64,000 nucleotides of DNA, taken from the NCBI GenBank assembly GCA_963668175.1, contig OY764159.1, positions 4,448,001-4,512,000 of the forward strand, read 5' to 3'. The stretch is from Syntrophales bacterium. Lineage in GTDB: Bacteria; Desulfobacterota; Syntrophia; Syntrophales; PHBD01. The notes below the pieces were generated by a model, which saw only the letters and a program-made list of their open reading frames with translations, did not search any database and was not told the origin of the DNA. Positions 18,205 through 27,806 of the stretch are shown here, piece by piece. Each line of letters starts with the position of its first letter. Position 1 is the first letter of the stretch. The position numbers and the translations under genes were made by a program.

Positions 18205-19566
18205 TCACCTGAATATCCTCTCCACGGCTTCGCGGTCGATTTTGCCGGCCGCGGTAACGGGTATCCCATCCGCGATCTTGATACGCTTCGGAATGGCGTG
18301 CGGTTCCAGCATCGCCGCCAGGGCCCGTCGGATCTGGACTTCCGTAAGCGGGGAGACGACGACTGCGGCAATATCGTTCTGACGGCCGTGCGGGGAGGGA
18401 AATGAAATGACGAAGGCGTCGGAAACACCTGAAATCTGTTTCAGTTTGCTTTCAATTTCCTTGAGGTCCACCCTCTTCCCGCCGATCTTCACAATGCCGT
18501 CAACCCGGCCGACAAGAATAAATTGCTCGTGGCCGTTATACGACGCCCTGTCGCCGGTAATGAAGTAACCGTTTCCGTCCTTGTCCAGTTCCGACGAAAT
18601 GAAATCAGAGCGCACCAGAAGCCTTTCCTCTTCGATCTTCCACAGTACATTCTCAAAAGGCTTCCAGGATGTCTGCCCTTCGGCGCGGCAGCGGGTTGCT
18701 ATGCCGCCTGTTTCCGTGGAGCCGTAGATCTCGTGAATGCCGAGACCCGTTCTTTGATAAAAGGAAGAGGCATCCGGTTCTTCAAGCATACCGGCCGACG
18801 AAAAGGCGAGTCTCAAAGAATGCCCCCCCATATCGTCCATTTTCAGGACGCGGTAATGAACCGGAACGCTGATCAGCACCGTAGCCGCGTGGCGTGTGAC
18901 GGCAGACCAGATTTCGCGTGGGAACACATAGGTCCCCGGCAGAACCTTGGCGCCCGATATCAGAGGCAGCAGGATTGAAAACAAAAAACCGTAAATATGT
19001 TGAGGAGGTACGGTAGAAAGGAAGATATCTTCTTTTTGAACAGCGAAGGCACGGGCAAGATACGCGGCTTCTGCCAGTATATTGCGCGGCGTTTTGGACC
19101 ACATCCTCGACCGGCCCGTGGATCCGCCGGTGAAGAGCATGAGAAAAGGTTCGTCCAAATCGCACGCCTGAAACGGGCCGCATGGATATCCGGTAAGGCC
19201 GTATTTCGGATTGATGATCTCCATGCCTTGCGGGGCATCCATTTCCCGATCCGTCAGAATCCGCCGGAAAGGACATATATGATTTATTTCAGTCAAGGTT
19301 TGCTCGGAAAGGGCATGGGGAAGAATGAGGCGGGGCCCACCGCCTAAAGCGGCTATCACCGCGGCGGCAATCAGGGTTTTATTATCGGTATAAAGGCAGA
19401 CGGCATCCCTTATCCCGCCGGACATGGAGAGACGGGATATGATTGTTGCGGCCAAATCGTAAACCTCGCCGTGAGTCGATTCGGCAGGAACGAATGTATC
19501 TGTCCGATGGAACGGGCCTGCCATGATATCGCCGTAAAGTGCAGACAGATTAGTGTTTGTTTTCAT
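18205..19566 (-). CDS. AMP-binding acyl-CoA/acyl-ACP synthetase (aryl-polyene starter-loading type)
   Basis: FTGGSTG, STVPPQHIYG, EIYGSTETGGIA, GR.DGIVKIGGKR, GKIDR. The TVPPQHIYG motif is typical of ApeH/XanA2-like enzymes. Confidence 0.85.
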   Translation of the reverse strand: MKTNTNLSALYGDIMAGPFHRTDTFVPAESTHGEVYDLAATIISRLSMSGGIRDAVCLYTDNKTLIAAAVIAALGGGPRLILPHALSEQTLTEINHICPFRRILTDREMDAPQGMEIINPKYGLTGYPCGPFQACDLDEPFLMLFTGGSTGRSRMWSKTPRNILAEAAYLARAFAVQKEDIFLSTVPPQHIYGFLFSILLPLISGAKVLPGTYVFPREIWSAVTRHAATVLISVPVHYRVLKMDDMGGHSLRLAFSSAGMLEEPDASSFYQRTGLGIHEIYGSTETGGIATRCRAEGQTSWKPFENVLWKIEEERLLVRSDFISSELDKDGNGYFITGDRASYNGHEQFILVGRVDGIVKIGGKRVDLKEIESKLKQISGVSDAFVISFPSPHGRQNDIAAVVVSPLTEVQIRRALAAMLEPHAIPKRIKIADGIPVTAAGKIDREAVERIFR

Positions 19567-19608
19567 TTTATAATGAATGATCCGGTCTTGTTCGTAATAT
19601 TGAGGCGC

Positions 19609-19636
19609 ATTCTATACAAACGCAATAATTAGTCAA
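19609..19636 (-). promoter_or_regulatory. sigma70-like promoter of the ligase-KS-CLF operon
   Basis: TTGACT-16bp-TAGAAT on the minus strand, about 40 bp before ATG 19566. Confidence 0.55.
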
Positions 19637-19928
19637 TCGAATAAACAATCTCGTCATACATTTATAGGCCCTTGCCAACCCGCGGCGGATTTGCAACCGC
19701 CAATCCATCCAAACCGTAACAAGCCGTTTTCACAATATATTATATATCATAGCAGGCCGCACCCTCTTTCAGTTTTTGTCCGATATTCCGGACCGATTCC
19801 AGTCCCTACGGACGCCGCGGGTGCCGTTCATCTGTTATGCAATCTTGATAATGTCAACATATCAATACGATACAAAAATGAATATTTTGGCACACATCGT
19901 GATAAGATTAATCACCGGAGGCCTTACG

Positions 19929-20129
19929 ATGTCGATCATACTGTTCTATACCCCAATATTGAATGGCGACGAATTGCAGCTTCTGGGCATGGTGAGACGC
20001 AATACCGATACTTCCGCGCGTTCAAGAAAACCTCTGACTTACAAGTCGAACGCTCAAGCGCTCGACCACGACATCGATGTCGTGGTCGTGAGAGAAAATC
20101 ACCATAAGGTAGAAGATGCTGTCAATTAA
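19929..20129 (+). CDS. Small hypothetical protein (66 aa)
   Basis: GGAGG 7 nt before the ATG, preceded by the sigma54-like TGGCACACATCGTGA. No recognisable domain. Confidence 0.4.
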   Translation: MSIILFYTPILNGDELQLLGMVRRNTDTSARSRKPLTYKSNAQALDHDIDVVVVRENHHKVEDAVN

Positions 20130-20682
20130 TCACAATGAGATGCTGCCGCCAAGACGTTCATTGTCCTGCAGACCAACGGGACGGCCTTGTCCGCGGCAAC
20201 CCAACAGGGGATCGCGGTCTCTTTCTATGGCTCCGGTCGTATTCCATTCTATACCGGACAACGCCATCCCCCCAAAACCATCAGACAAACACTGATAGAA
20301 TACAAAGATATGCGCTGAGGGCAAAGCCATCCCATGTCTCAAATATTTTTCAGACAGATGCGGATTGCAGGAGAAAGGATTTAGGCTTAAGTTAGCACCG
20401 AAAGAGAGAAGAAATACAACAAGAGAAAAAACCATGATGACCGGAATAAGCAGTGTCATGACGAGCCGAGAGAAAGAGGAATTTAACCCGCAAAAATACT
20501 TGCTGGGGCGAATGATCAAGCGGCCGTCGCAACGTCCGGGTCAACAGGAAACAAAGAAGTCTTATCTGTAAGAGGGAATTCATTTTTAACGATACTGGCA
20601 GATATTCAGGAAGAGGTCATAAGGAACAAGCCCACATGAATTTCTGCTTATAGTAACACAAGTCACCACACCACCACTGGAC

Positions 20683-20732
20683 GAAGCCCCCTGCTTTTCT
20701 GTTGTCCTCCAGGCAGGGGGCTTCCTCTTTTT
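20683..20732 (+). terminator. Intrinsic terminator
   Basis: 12-bp stem GAAGCCCCCTGC/GCAGGGGGCTTC followed by CTCTTTTT. Confidence 0.8.
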
Positions 20733-20898
20733 AAAAACACGCTTCTCGGAACATCATCACATCACATTCATTTATCCGGCGGGAACATCAAGATACGCAA
20801 GGACAGGCACGGTCACTGAGTTGCTGAAATTACTCCGCAATCAGCCTCCGAGAAAGATGCGTTTCGCGACGAGGCCGGCACCGCGGGCATGTATGTGT

Positions 20899-21543
20899 CT
20901 ATCCCAGGATTTTATTCTGGACTGCGTATAAAGTAATTTCCGCGTTGTTTTTCATTTTCATTTTGTCCAGAATATGGGCTCGGTAGGTACTGATGGTCTT
21001 TACACTCAGATTGAGTTCTTCGGCAATCTCCGACACGGTCCGGCCTGACGCGATCAACATCATGACCTGATACTCGCGATCGGAAAGCGTTTCATGGGGA
21101 GGTCGGCTGATATCGATGTCCAGATAATTGGCCAGTTTTTCAGCAAGGGAAGCACTGATGTAACGCCCGCCCTCCGACAATTTCCTGATAGCGGAAATCA
21201 GCTCGTTGGGTGCGCTGGCCTTGGTCATATATCCGGATGCGCCGGCCCGCAAAGCCCTGATGGCATATTGTTCTTCCGGATAGATGCTCAGAATGAGAAC
21301 AGGGAGTTTGGGACAGTCGGCTTTCAGTTCCTTCAATATCTCCAGCCCGCTGCGGCCAGGCATCGAGATGTCCAGAAGAACCACGTCATATTCCTTTTTC
21401 CTGATGAACGCCAATACTTCCTGCCCGTTTCCCGCCTCGTCGGCGACAACCATGTCCGGTGTTTCCGAAAGCACCTGTTTGAAACCGGCCCGGACAATCG
21501 GATGATCGTCAGCGATAAGAATTCTGATCTTTTTGGCTGTCAT
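20899..21543 (-). CDS. NarL/LuxR-family response regulator
   Basis: IADDHPIVR, LLDISMPG, LSDREYQV, LSVKTISTYR HTH. Confidence 0.95.
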   Translation of the reverse strand: MTAKKIRILIADDHPIVRAGFKQVLSETPDMVVADEAGNGQEVLAFIRKKEYDVVLLDISMPGRSGLEILKELKADCPKLPVLILSIYPEEQYAIRALRAGASGYMTKASAPNELISAIRKLSEGGRYISASLAEKLANYLDIDISRPPHETLSDREYQVMMLIASGRTVSEIAEELNLSVKTISTYRAHILDKMKMKNNAEITLYAVQNKILG

Positions 21544-23804
21544 TGCATCCTCTCCGCATTCCTCAGCGGCAGATGAACCGTCACGGTGGTTCCCTTCCCG
21601 CTTTTCCCGGTGATTTTTACATCCCCTCCCCAGTGGTGGACCCGTTCCTTGATCCCGAGAAGACCGAAAGAATCGGGCTTTGCCAGCTGCTCCTCCGTAA
21701 TCCCCTTGCCATTGTCCTTAACCACAAGCTCCAGGTTATCGCCCGTTGCCTTTAACTTGACGGATATTTTCGTCGCCTCGGCATGGCGAAGGATATTGGT
21801 CAATGCTTCCTGAAAGATCCTGAAAACAGTCGTCGAAAGATCGGGATCGAGAGCGATATCCTCAGGATCGAGTATCACTTTACAGGGAATCCCCGTCCTT
21901 TTCTGAAATTCTTCCGCCTGCCATCCGATAGCGACCGTCAGTCCCAAATGGTCGAGCATGCCCGGACGCAGAGCCATGTATATTCTCTTTAAGGTCTGCA
22001 TGGTCATGTCGACGAGGGACGACATGCTCTCCGTTCTTTCCTTAAGGGCGACCATCTCACCCGGTATCTTCCGGTTTAAAAGGACGATTTCCGTATTCAA
22101 CGCCGTCAGCAATTGTCCCAGTTCATCATGGAGCTCCCGGGCAATGCGGGTCCTCTCCTTTTCCCGGACGGATTGAAGATGGGCGGAAAGTTTTCTCAGT
22201 TGTTCCCGTGACTGTTCGAGTTCATTCTTGGCCCGTTTGCCTTCGGTGATATCCTCGTACGTGATGACAACCCGTCTCTCCTGAAGACGCTCACCGATCC
22301 TGGAGACGCTGATGAGACATTCGATATCAATCCCGTCCTTCCGGCGGCAGGGAAATTCCGTGCTGACAATAGGTTGACGCTCAAGAATGGCATAGATCAA
22401 ATCGGCGATCCGTTCGTAGTCCTCGTCCGTTTTATAGAGTATGCGGGTACTTTTGCCGATCAACTCTTTTGCCCTCCACCCGAAGACGGCTTTGACGCCG
22501 TCGTTGGCGAAGATAATGCGTCGATCCTGCAGGCCGATAACGGCATGGGGAATAGCCTCCAGAATGGACGCTTCCAGGGCCTCCAGCTCCGCCAATTTGT
22601 TGCGTGCCTGAATCTGCTCGGTGATGTCCATCGAGTTGCCCAGAACGGCCCGCTCTCCCCTGTAAGGAATGAGCGTCACCGTTTCCATAATCCATCTCAC
22701 TTCCCCTTTTTTTGTAATGATCCTGAATTCATGGGGCGAGGTGCGTTCGCCCCGCAGCATCTTCTTGGAATTGGTCTTCACCATTTGCCGGTCGCCGGGA
22801 TGAACGAGACTCATGGAATTCATGCCTACCAACTCTTTCGGGCTGAAATCGGCATACTTGGCGGCATGGTGATTGACGAACTGGAACATACCGTTCTGGA
22901 CGACATAAACGCCTGCCTGGGAGCTGTTGGCCATGGTCTCATAGGCCTCTTCAACCCGTTTGCGTTCCGTGATGTCCTCGTAAGTAATAACCGTACTTTT
23001 ATTCTTGAGGGTCTCGCCAATGCGGGACGCCGTCACCTTGCAAACGATATCGCGACCATCCTTGCGGCGGCAGGGGAATTCCGTCGCAAATGTCTTGTGC
23101 CGTTCGAGCGTGGAGTATAAATTCCGCGCGATCTCCTCGTAGCCTTCATCCGTTTGGTACAGGATCCTGGATTTCCTGCCTATCAGCTCATCCGCCCGCC
23201 ATCCGAAAACATTATGGACACCGTCATTGGCAAAGATAATCTGCCGGTCCCGGAAACCGATCACCGCATGGGGAATGGCCTCCAGGATAGAGGCTTCCAA
23301 GGCTTCCAGTTCAGCCAGTTTGTCCCGCGTCTTGATCTGCTCCGTGATATCCATGGAGTTCCCAAGAACGGCCCTGGCTCCCTTATAGTGGATGGACGTG
23401 ATGGTCTCCGTTATCCATCTCACCTCGCCATTTTTGGCAATCGTCCTGAATTCGTAAGAAGAGGTTCTCTCGCCCTTAAGCATCTTGATGGCGGCATCCC
23501 GCATCCGCTCCCGGTCATCGGGATGAACGATGCTCATGGACTCCATGCCGATCAGCTCGTCTTTGCTGTAGCCCCAGTAGTTGGTGGTGTGTTGATTGAC
23601 AAAACGGAATTTCCCGTCCTGCACGACATAGATGCCGGCCTGGGAACTGTTTTCAAGGGTCCGGTAAAGGCCTTCCTCGATGATCAGGTCGGTGGCCCGC
23701 GCATTACTCGAAACGTCGAGCTGACCGCGCAATTCGGCCAATTCCCGAAGCAAATCTTTCTTGGTTTTCTTTGTATTTTTAACTGTCGGGGTCATGGGTT
23801 TCAC
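21540..23804 (-). CDS. Cytoplasmic 4xPAS sensor histidine kinase (HisKA_3/NarX-type)
   Basis: Four PAS/PAC units, ERTRIARELHDELGQ, QEALTNILRHA, DNGKG, FGLLGIKER. No TM segment. Start is GTG 23804 or ATG 23795. Confidence 0.93.
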   Translation of the reverse strand: MKPMTPTVKNTKKTKKDLLRELAELRGQLDVSSNARATDLIIEEGLYRTLENSSQAGIYVVQDGKFRFVNQHTTNYWGYSKDELIGMESMSIVHPDDRERMRDAAIKMLKGERTSSYEFRTIAKNGEVRWITETITSIHYKGARAVLGNSMDITEQIKTRDKLAELEALEASILEAIPHAVIGFRDRQIIFANDGVHNVFGWRADELIGRKSRILYQTDEGYEEIARNLYSTLERHKTFATEFPCRRKDGRDIVCKVTASRIGETLKNKSTVITYEDITERKRVEEAYETMANSSQAGVYVVQNGMFQFVNHHAAKYADFSPKELVGMNSMSLVHPGDRQMVKTNSKKMLRGERTSPHEFRIITKKGEVRWIMETVTLIPYRGERAVLGNSMDITEQIQARNKLAELEALEASILEAIPHAVIGLQDRRIIFANDGVKAVFGWRAKELIGKSTRILYKTDEDYERIADLIYAILERQPIVSTEFPCRRKDGIDIECLISVSRIGERLQERRVVITYEDITEGKRAKNELEQSREQLRKLSAHLQSVREKERTRIARELHDELGQLLTALNTEIVLLNRKIPGEMVALKERTESMSSLVDMTMQTLKRIYMALRPGMLDHLGLTVAIGWQAEEFQKRTGIPCKVILDPEDIALDPDLSTTVFRIFQEALTNILRHAEATKISVKLKATGDNLELVVKDNGKGITEEQLAKPDSFGLLGIKERVHHWGGDVKITGKSGKGTTVTVHLPLRNAERMQ
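22260..23670 (-). repeat. Intragenic tandem duplication of a PAS-PAS unit (period 723 bp / 241 aa)
   Basis: NSSQAG.YVVQ…GNSMDITEQI…KLAELEALEASILEAIPHAVIG…IIFANDGV…EFPCRRKDG…ITYEDITE occurs twice. Equivalent bases 22558 and 23281 are 723 bp apart. Boundaries are approximate. Confidence 0.85.
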
Positions 23805-23833
23805 AGGATCAGAATAACGTATTCATCGGGTGA

Positions 23834-23862
23834 AATATAGGGAAAAGGAATCATAAAGTCAA
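23834..23862 (-). promoter_or_regulatory. sigma70-like promoter of the kinase/regulator operon
   Basis: TTGACT-17bp-TATATT on the minus strand. Confidence 0.6.
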
Positions 23863-23923
23863 TGAGAAAGCAGCAGCATAAAGCATCTCACATGGTGCCG
23901 TTCCAAAATATTGCAGAAACGTA

Positions 23924-23963
23924 TGTCATATGGATGGCATGCGTTATTGTCATATTTTTGACG
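23924..23963. promoter_or_regulatory. Tandem palindromic activator-binding sites
   Basis: TGTCATATGGATGGCA (23924) and TGTCATATTTTTGACG (23948) are both TGTCA-N6-TGACA-like and lie 160-200 bp upstream of a sigma54 site. Confidence 0.5.
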
Positions 23964-24119
23964 TCATCGCAGCCTGAAAAGCATTTTCCAATAGATTCGA
24001 GGCCCTCAAAGGATTCCTTTCTTAATGTGGGAGGATACGGCATGAAGAAGTTCAAACCCGCGCTGTGAGACGCTTTCGGGCATACAGACCCTGAAGCTCT
24101 ACGGTCATATTAGATCCTG

Positions 24120-24135
24120 TGGCATATTGATTGCT
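24120..24135 (+). promoter_or_regulatory. sigma54 promoter of the PhcB-like methyltransferase
   Basis: TGGCATATTGATTGCT, near-consensus -24/-12. Confidence 0.8.
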
Positions 24136-24182
24136 TAGACGGAATGATAAACGAATCCTACTGTTATTTATCGGGGGGGAAC

Positions 24183-25505
24183 ATGGCAATCAGCGATCTT
24201 ACAATCAATCAGGCGATACCCGGCAGTCTCACGTCCCATCAGCCTTCACCGGATGTGGCGGACCACAACCATCAGCGCTCGACGACAAGGAATGCAAAAG
24301 CGCTGAAGGGTCTCTCCAACAGGATAGGTGTCGCAGACCTTATAGACGATACGCAGGATCCGCCCTCATTCATCCCTGTCAGGAGTATCGGTAAATCGCA
24401 GGCTCTCGCCGACTTCATTCGTGTATTCGGAGAATTCGAAGATATGCACATTCGTCTGCACACCAGACTGAACGCATTGCCGGTGAACATGGAAGGTCTG
24501 CGGAGGATATTGGATTCGGAAATGGCTGTCTATGACCCGTGGGTGGTTGACGTCTCCGACAGATTGGGAGAGATAACGGCCGACGCTGCGAACGAACAAA
24601 GGCAGGCATACATGCAGTATATCCGGCAGAGCCGTTACTTCAAGATCGTTCAGGAAGCGCCCTTCTACTGGCGGATCATGAACAAACCGAACGGTTACCC
24701 GGGCGATGCGCACATGATGCACTACATTTATCGGAATCAGTACGAAGGTCCGACAACTTTCGGTATGTTTCTCCATAAACATGCCTGCTCAACCAAGGCC
24801 TGCGTGGCAGTGCGGAACCGACGGCAGTTCCTGTCCCAGCACATTCAAAAAACCGGCGGTGGAAAGATCATGAGCCTGGCGGCAGGACCGGCCGAGGAGA
24901 TCAAGGATGTCCTCAGTCACAACGAAGGACGAAACAACTATGAGTTCCTCGCCCTGGATCATGACATGGATACCCTTCAGCAATTCAAGAACGGCAGTCA
25001 CCAGTTGCAATTCAAGTATGCCCTGGCCAATGCCTTCCAGATCATCGCGGGGAATTATGTGACGGCAAAGCCGCGAGACATATTCCACAAATACTGCTCC
25101 CCCGCCCATGATTTCAGAGGCTACTGGCGTCTGCTTATGAGCTATGTGAAATATGAATTGAAGCGCCTGGAAAAGGAAAGCTTCGACCTGGTTTATACGG
25201 CGGGACTTTACGATTATATCAAGAATTTCCCTCTGGACGACGAAAAAGGGACCGTCGCCCTGACCAGGAACCTCTTCAGCCTCGTGAAGCCGGGAGGCTC
25301 ACTGATCATCGGTAATTTCAACCACAACAATCCCCGTCACCTCAGGTTCGCCATGGACTACATCTTCGACTGGCCGCTCATATATCGGGACAAAGAGGAG
25401 ATGCTGGCCTTTGCCAAATCGATCCCGAAAGACGAGATCGCGAATATCGAGGTCCTGGAAGAGGCTGCCAGCATCAACTACTTCCTGAAAATCGACAAGG
25501 CCTGA
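24183..25505 (+). CDS. Class I SAM-dependent methyltransferase, PhcB (3-hydroxy fatty acid methyl ester synthase)-like
   Basis: KPNGYPGD..M..IY, AVRNR, MSLAAGPA, FDLVYTAGLYDY, VKPGGSLIIGNF, DWPLIYRD. GGGGGGA RBS before ATG 24183. Confidence 0.72.
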   Translation: MAISDLTINQAIPGSLTSHQPSPDVADHNHQRSTTRNAKALKGLSNRIGVADLIDDTQDPPSFIPVRSIGKSQALADFIRVFGEFEDMHIRLHTRLNALPVNMEGLRRILDSEMAVYDPWVVDVSDRLGEITADAANEQRQAYMQYIRQSRYFKIVQEAPFYWRIMNKPNGYPGDAHMMHYIYRNQYEGPTTFGMFLHKHACSTKACVAVRNRRQFLSQHIQKTGGGKIMSLAAGPAEEIKDVLSHNEGRNNYEFLALDHDMDTLQQFKNGSHQLQFKYALANAFQIIAGNYVTAKPRDIFHKYCSPAHDFRGYWRLLMSYVKYELKRLEKESFDLVYTAGLYDYIKNFPLDDEKGTVALTRNLFSLVKPGGSLIIGNFNHNNPRHLRFAMDYIFDWPLIYRDKEEMLAFAKSIPKDEIANIEVLEEAASINYFLKIDKA

Positions 25506-25823
25506 TCCGGAAAACCTATAGAAGAGTGTTTCATTGAGGAGGGTGCCACATTGACGCCGGACCGTTACGAACGGCCCGGCGTCCTCATCTCTGCGCTTCC
25601 GAACAGGATTTGCCATGGTTTATCGGCCTGCATCACACAGTCGGCCGAGGCCCCCTCTTCTCGTTTCGTCTGTCTCCTCCTCAGATCATTTTTCGAACGT
25701 CATGAACCCGGGAACTCGCCTGGCTCTTTCGCTGCGCAAGAAGCCGTTTTATTTTTCTTGACTTACATTCGTTTTTTCCCTTAATTGCGGTATGAATTTA
25801 CCTGAAAGCGGAACAGCGCAACG

Positions 25824-26273
25824 ATGGAAACAATGATGCAGATCGAGGATATCATCCCCCATCGCGGACGCATGAAACTGGTGGATGAAATCATCGAAGT
25901 CTCGGAAGATACGGCCATTACCGCCTCCTATCCCAACGATCTTTGGCCCCTGGTCAGCGGCCGGTCCCTCAGCGCTCTCATCGCCGTCGAACTGGTCGCC
26001 CAGACGGCAGCCGTCAATATCGGCATGAAGAGGAAGAAGGAGACGGGTGAAGGCCAGGGCAGAGGATGGATCGTCGGCATCAAGAACGCCGAGTTCTACA
26101 TCAGCGATATCGGACTGAACAGCCGTTTGATTACGAAAGCCAGTGTCTTATACAGTCAGGAGGCATACAGCGTCATCGAAGGATCCGTCACTGCCGAAGG
26201 GAAACTGATCGGCACAGTCTCCCTCCAGGTGTTCCGGGAAGAATTCGGCGCTGAAAATCAGGCGAAGCCTTGA
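25824..26273 (+). CDS. Hotdog-fold 3-hydroxyacyl-ACP dehydratase (ApeP/FabZ-like)
   Basis: IPHRGRMKLVD, ELVAQTAA, GWIVGIK. Confidence 0.8.
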   Translation: METMMQIEDIIPHRGRMKLVDEIIEVSEDTAITASYPNDLWPLVSGRSLSALIAVELVAQTAAVNIGMKRKKETGEGQGRGWIVGIKNAEFYISDIGLNSRLITKASVLYSQEAYSVIEGSVTAEGKLIGTVSLQVFREEFGAENQAKP

Positions 26274-26396
26274 TCATCGGCCGGGAATGCGCTAGGTTTA
26301 TTCTTTACTAAAAGTCCGATCTTTATGGGATGTCAAAATAATGACATCTTCACGGATTGCTGATACGATAGAAGGCAAAATGAAGGAGACACTGTC

Positions 26397-27125
26397 ATGG
26401 ACAATGGAAAAGTCGCAGTCGTCACAGGCGGCAGCAGGGGTATCGGACGGGCGATTGGCGTGGAATTGGCCCGGGCGGGATATCATGTCGTCTTCACATA
26501 CAAGGCCAACGATCAAGCCGCCGAGGAGACGCTGGCCTTGATCAGAGAGACCGGGGGCGAAGGAGAGGCCATGAAGTTCGATGTGGCCGTATCGGCGGAA
26601 GCGGAACAGCACATGTCGGCTCTTGCGTCGCGGGTCAAGAATATCGATGTACTGGTCAACAATGCGGGCGTGACGGCGGACGGCCTCTTCATGATGATGC
26701 CGGAGCATGACTGGGACGCCGTCATCAGCACGGCGCTCAAGGGATTCTACAATATGACGAAACCGGTCATCCGTAAGATGGCGCGCAACAAGAGAGGCTC
26801 TATCGTCTCAATATCTTCTGTTGCCGCTCTTCTTCCGAACCGGGGTCAGGTCAACTATTCCGCGGCCAAAGCCGGCCTCATTGCGGCAAGCCGGTCGCTG
26901 GCCGCTGAAGTGGGCCGCATGGGCATCCGGGTCAATGTCGTCGCCCCGGGGGCGATAGAAACGGAAATGATTCAACATGCCCCCCTGGAGCGTATCAAGG
27001 ACATCATTCCCATGGCCCGGATCGGCCGTCCGGAAGAAGTGGCCAAGGTTGTTGCCTTCCTGTGTTCTGAAGATGCATCCTACATCACCGGTCAGGTCAT
27101 TTCCGTGAACGGAGGCATGATCTGA
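26397..27125 (+). CDS. fabG: 3-oxoacyl-ACP reductase
   Basis: [28 protein letters not shown]. Confidence 0.93.
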   Translation: MDNGKVAVVTGGSRGIGRAIGVELARAGYHVVFTYKANDQAAEETLALIRETGGEGEAMKFDVAVSAEAEQHMSALASRVKNIDVLVNNAGVTADGLFMMMPEHDWDAVISTALKGFYNMTKPVIRKMARNKRGSIVSISSVAALLPNRGQVNYSAAKAGLIAASRSLAAEVGRMGIRVNVVAPGAIETEMIQHAPLERIKDIIPMARIGRPEEVAKVVAFLCSEDASYITGQVISVNGGMI

Positions 27126-27158
27126 CATGACCTGCCCTGTCGGAAGGAACCCTGCCTC

Positions 27159-27806
27159 ATGAGGATCAGCAAAAAGACATCCACGCCTATTCGAAAGCTG
27201 ACATGGCGGCTGTGGCCGCTGCTCGTTCTGTGCCCGCTCCTGCTGGGATGGGCAGAGAGCTGGGAGCAGATCAGGCAGCAGTCGGAAAAGATAACGTCCA
27301 TCAGCGCCCGTTTCACGCAGAAAAAAGAAATGAACATCCTGGCCAGACCACTCGTGTCGGAGGGGCGCTTCTACTTCAAATCCCCGGATTCGATACGATG
27401 GGAGTATCTCACGCCGGTACGGAGCATCATGCTCATGCACGGGGGTGATGTCCATCGTTATGTCAAGGGGGATAAGGGTTTCGTCGAAGACGCCGGCGTC
27501 AGGATGCCCGGGATGAAGGTCGTCTTCCAGGAAATCACCACCTGGAGCAAGGGCAGATTCGATCAAAACAAGAGCTTTGCGGCCACATTGAAGCCGGGCA
27601 AGGCACCCATGATTATCCTGACGCCGAAAGAAAAGGGGCTTGCCGATATGATCCAAAGGATCGAAATCACCCTCTCGGGAGAAAAGGCCGGCGCGATCAA
27701 GACCATCCATATCGTCGAGGGCGAAAAGGCCTCAACGTGGCTGGAGTTCAAAGACATCGAACTGAATAAGGGAATCGATGATTCGCTTTTTAAAGAAATC
27801 CGCTAG
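27159..27806 (+). CDS. LolA-like periplasmic lipid/lipoprotein carrier
   Basis: Signal peptide, then SISARFTQKK..IL.RPLVSEGRFYFKSPDSIRWEY. Confidence 0.82.
   Translation: MRISKKTSTPIRKLTWRLWPLLVLCPLLLGWAESWEQIRQQSEKITSISARFTQKKEMNILARPLVSEGRFYFKSPDSIRWEYLTPVRSIMLMHGGDVHRYVKGDKGFVEDAGVRMPGMKVVFQEITTWSKGRFDQNKSFAATLKPGKAPMIILTPKEKGLADMIQRIEITLSGEKAGAIKTIHIVEGEKASTWLEFKDIELNKGIDDSLFKEIR

Noticed and set aside
19845..19857. FNR-like TTGATAATGTCAA
   Set aside because: One base short of TTGAT-N4-ATCAA, so not supportable.
20130..20583. Several short overlapping ORFs (129, 86, 68, 63 aa)
   Set aside because: No convincing RBS or domain and they conflict with each other. The 20434-20571 ORF cannot be excluded.
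26808..27710. 300-aa minus-strand ORF
   Set aside because: Antisense to the fabG and lolA-like genes.
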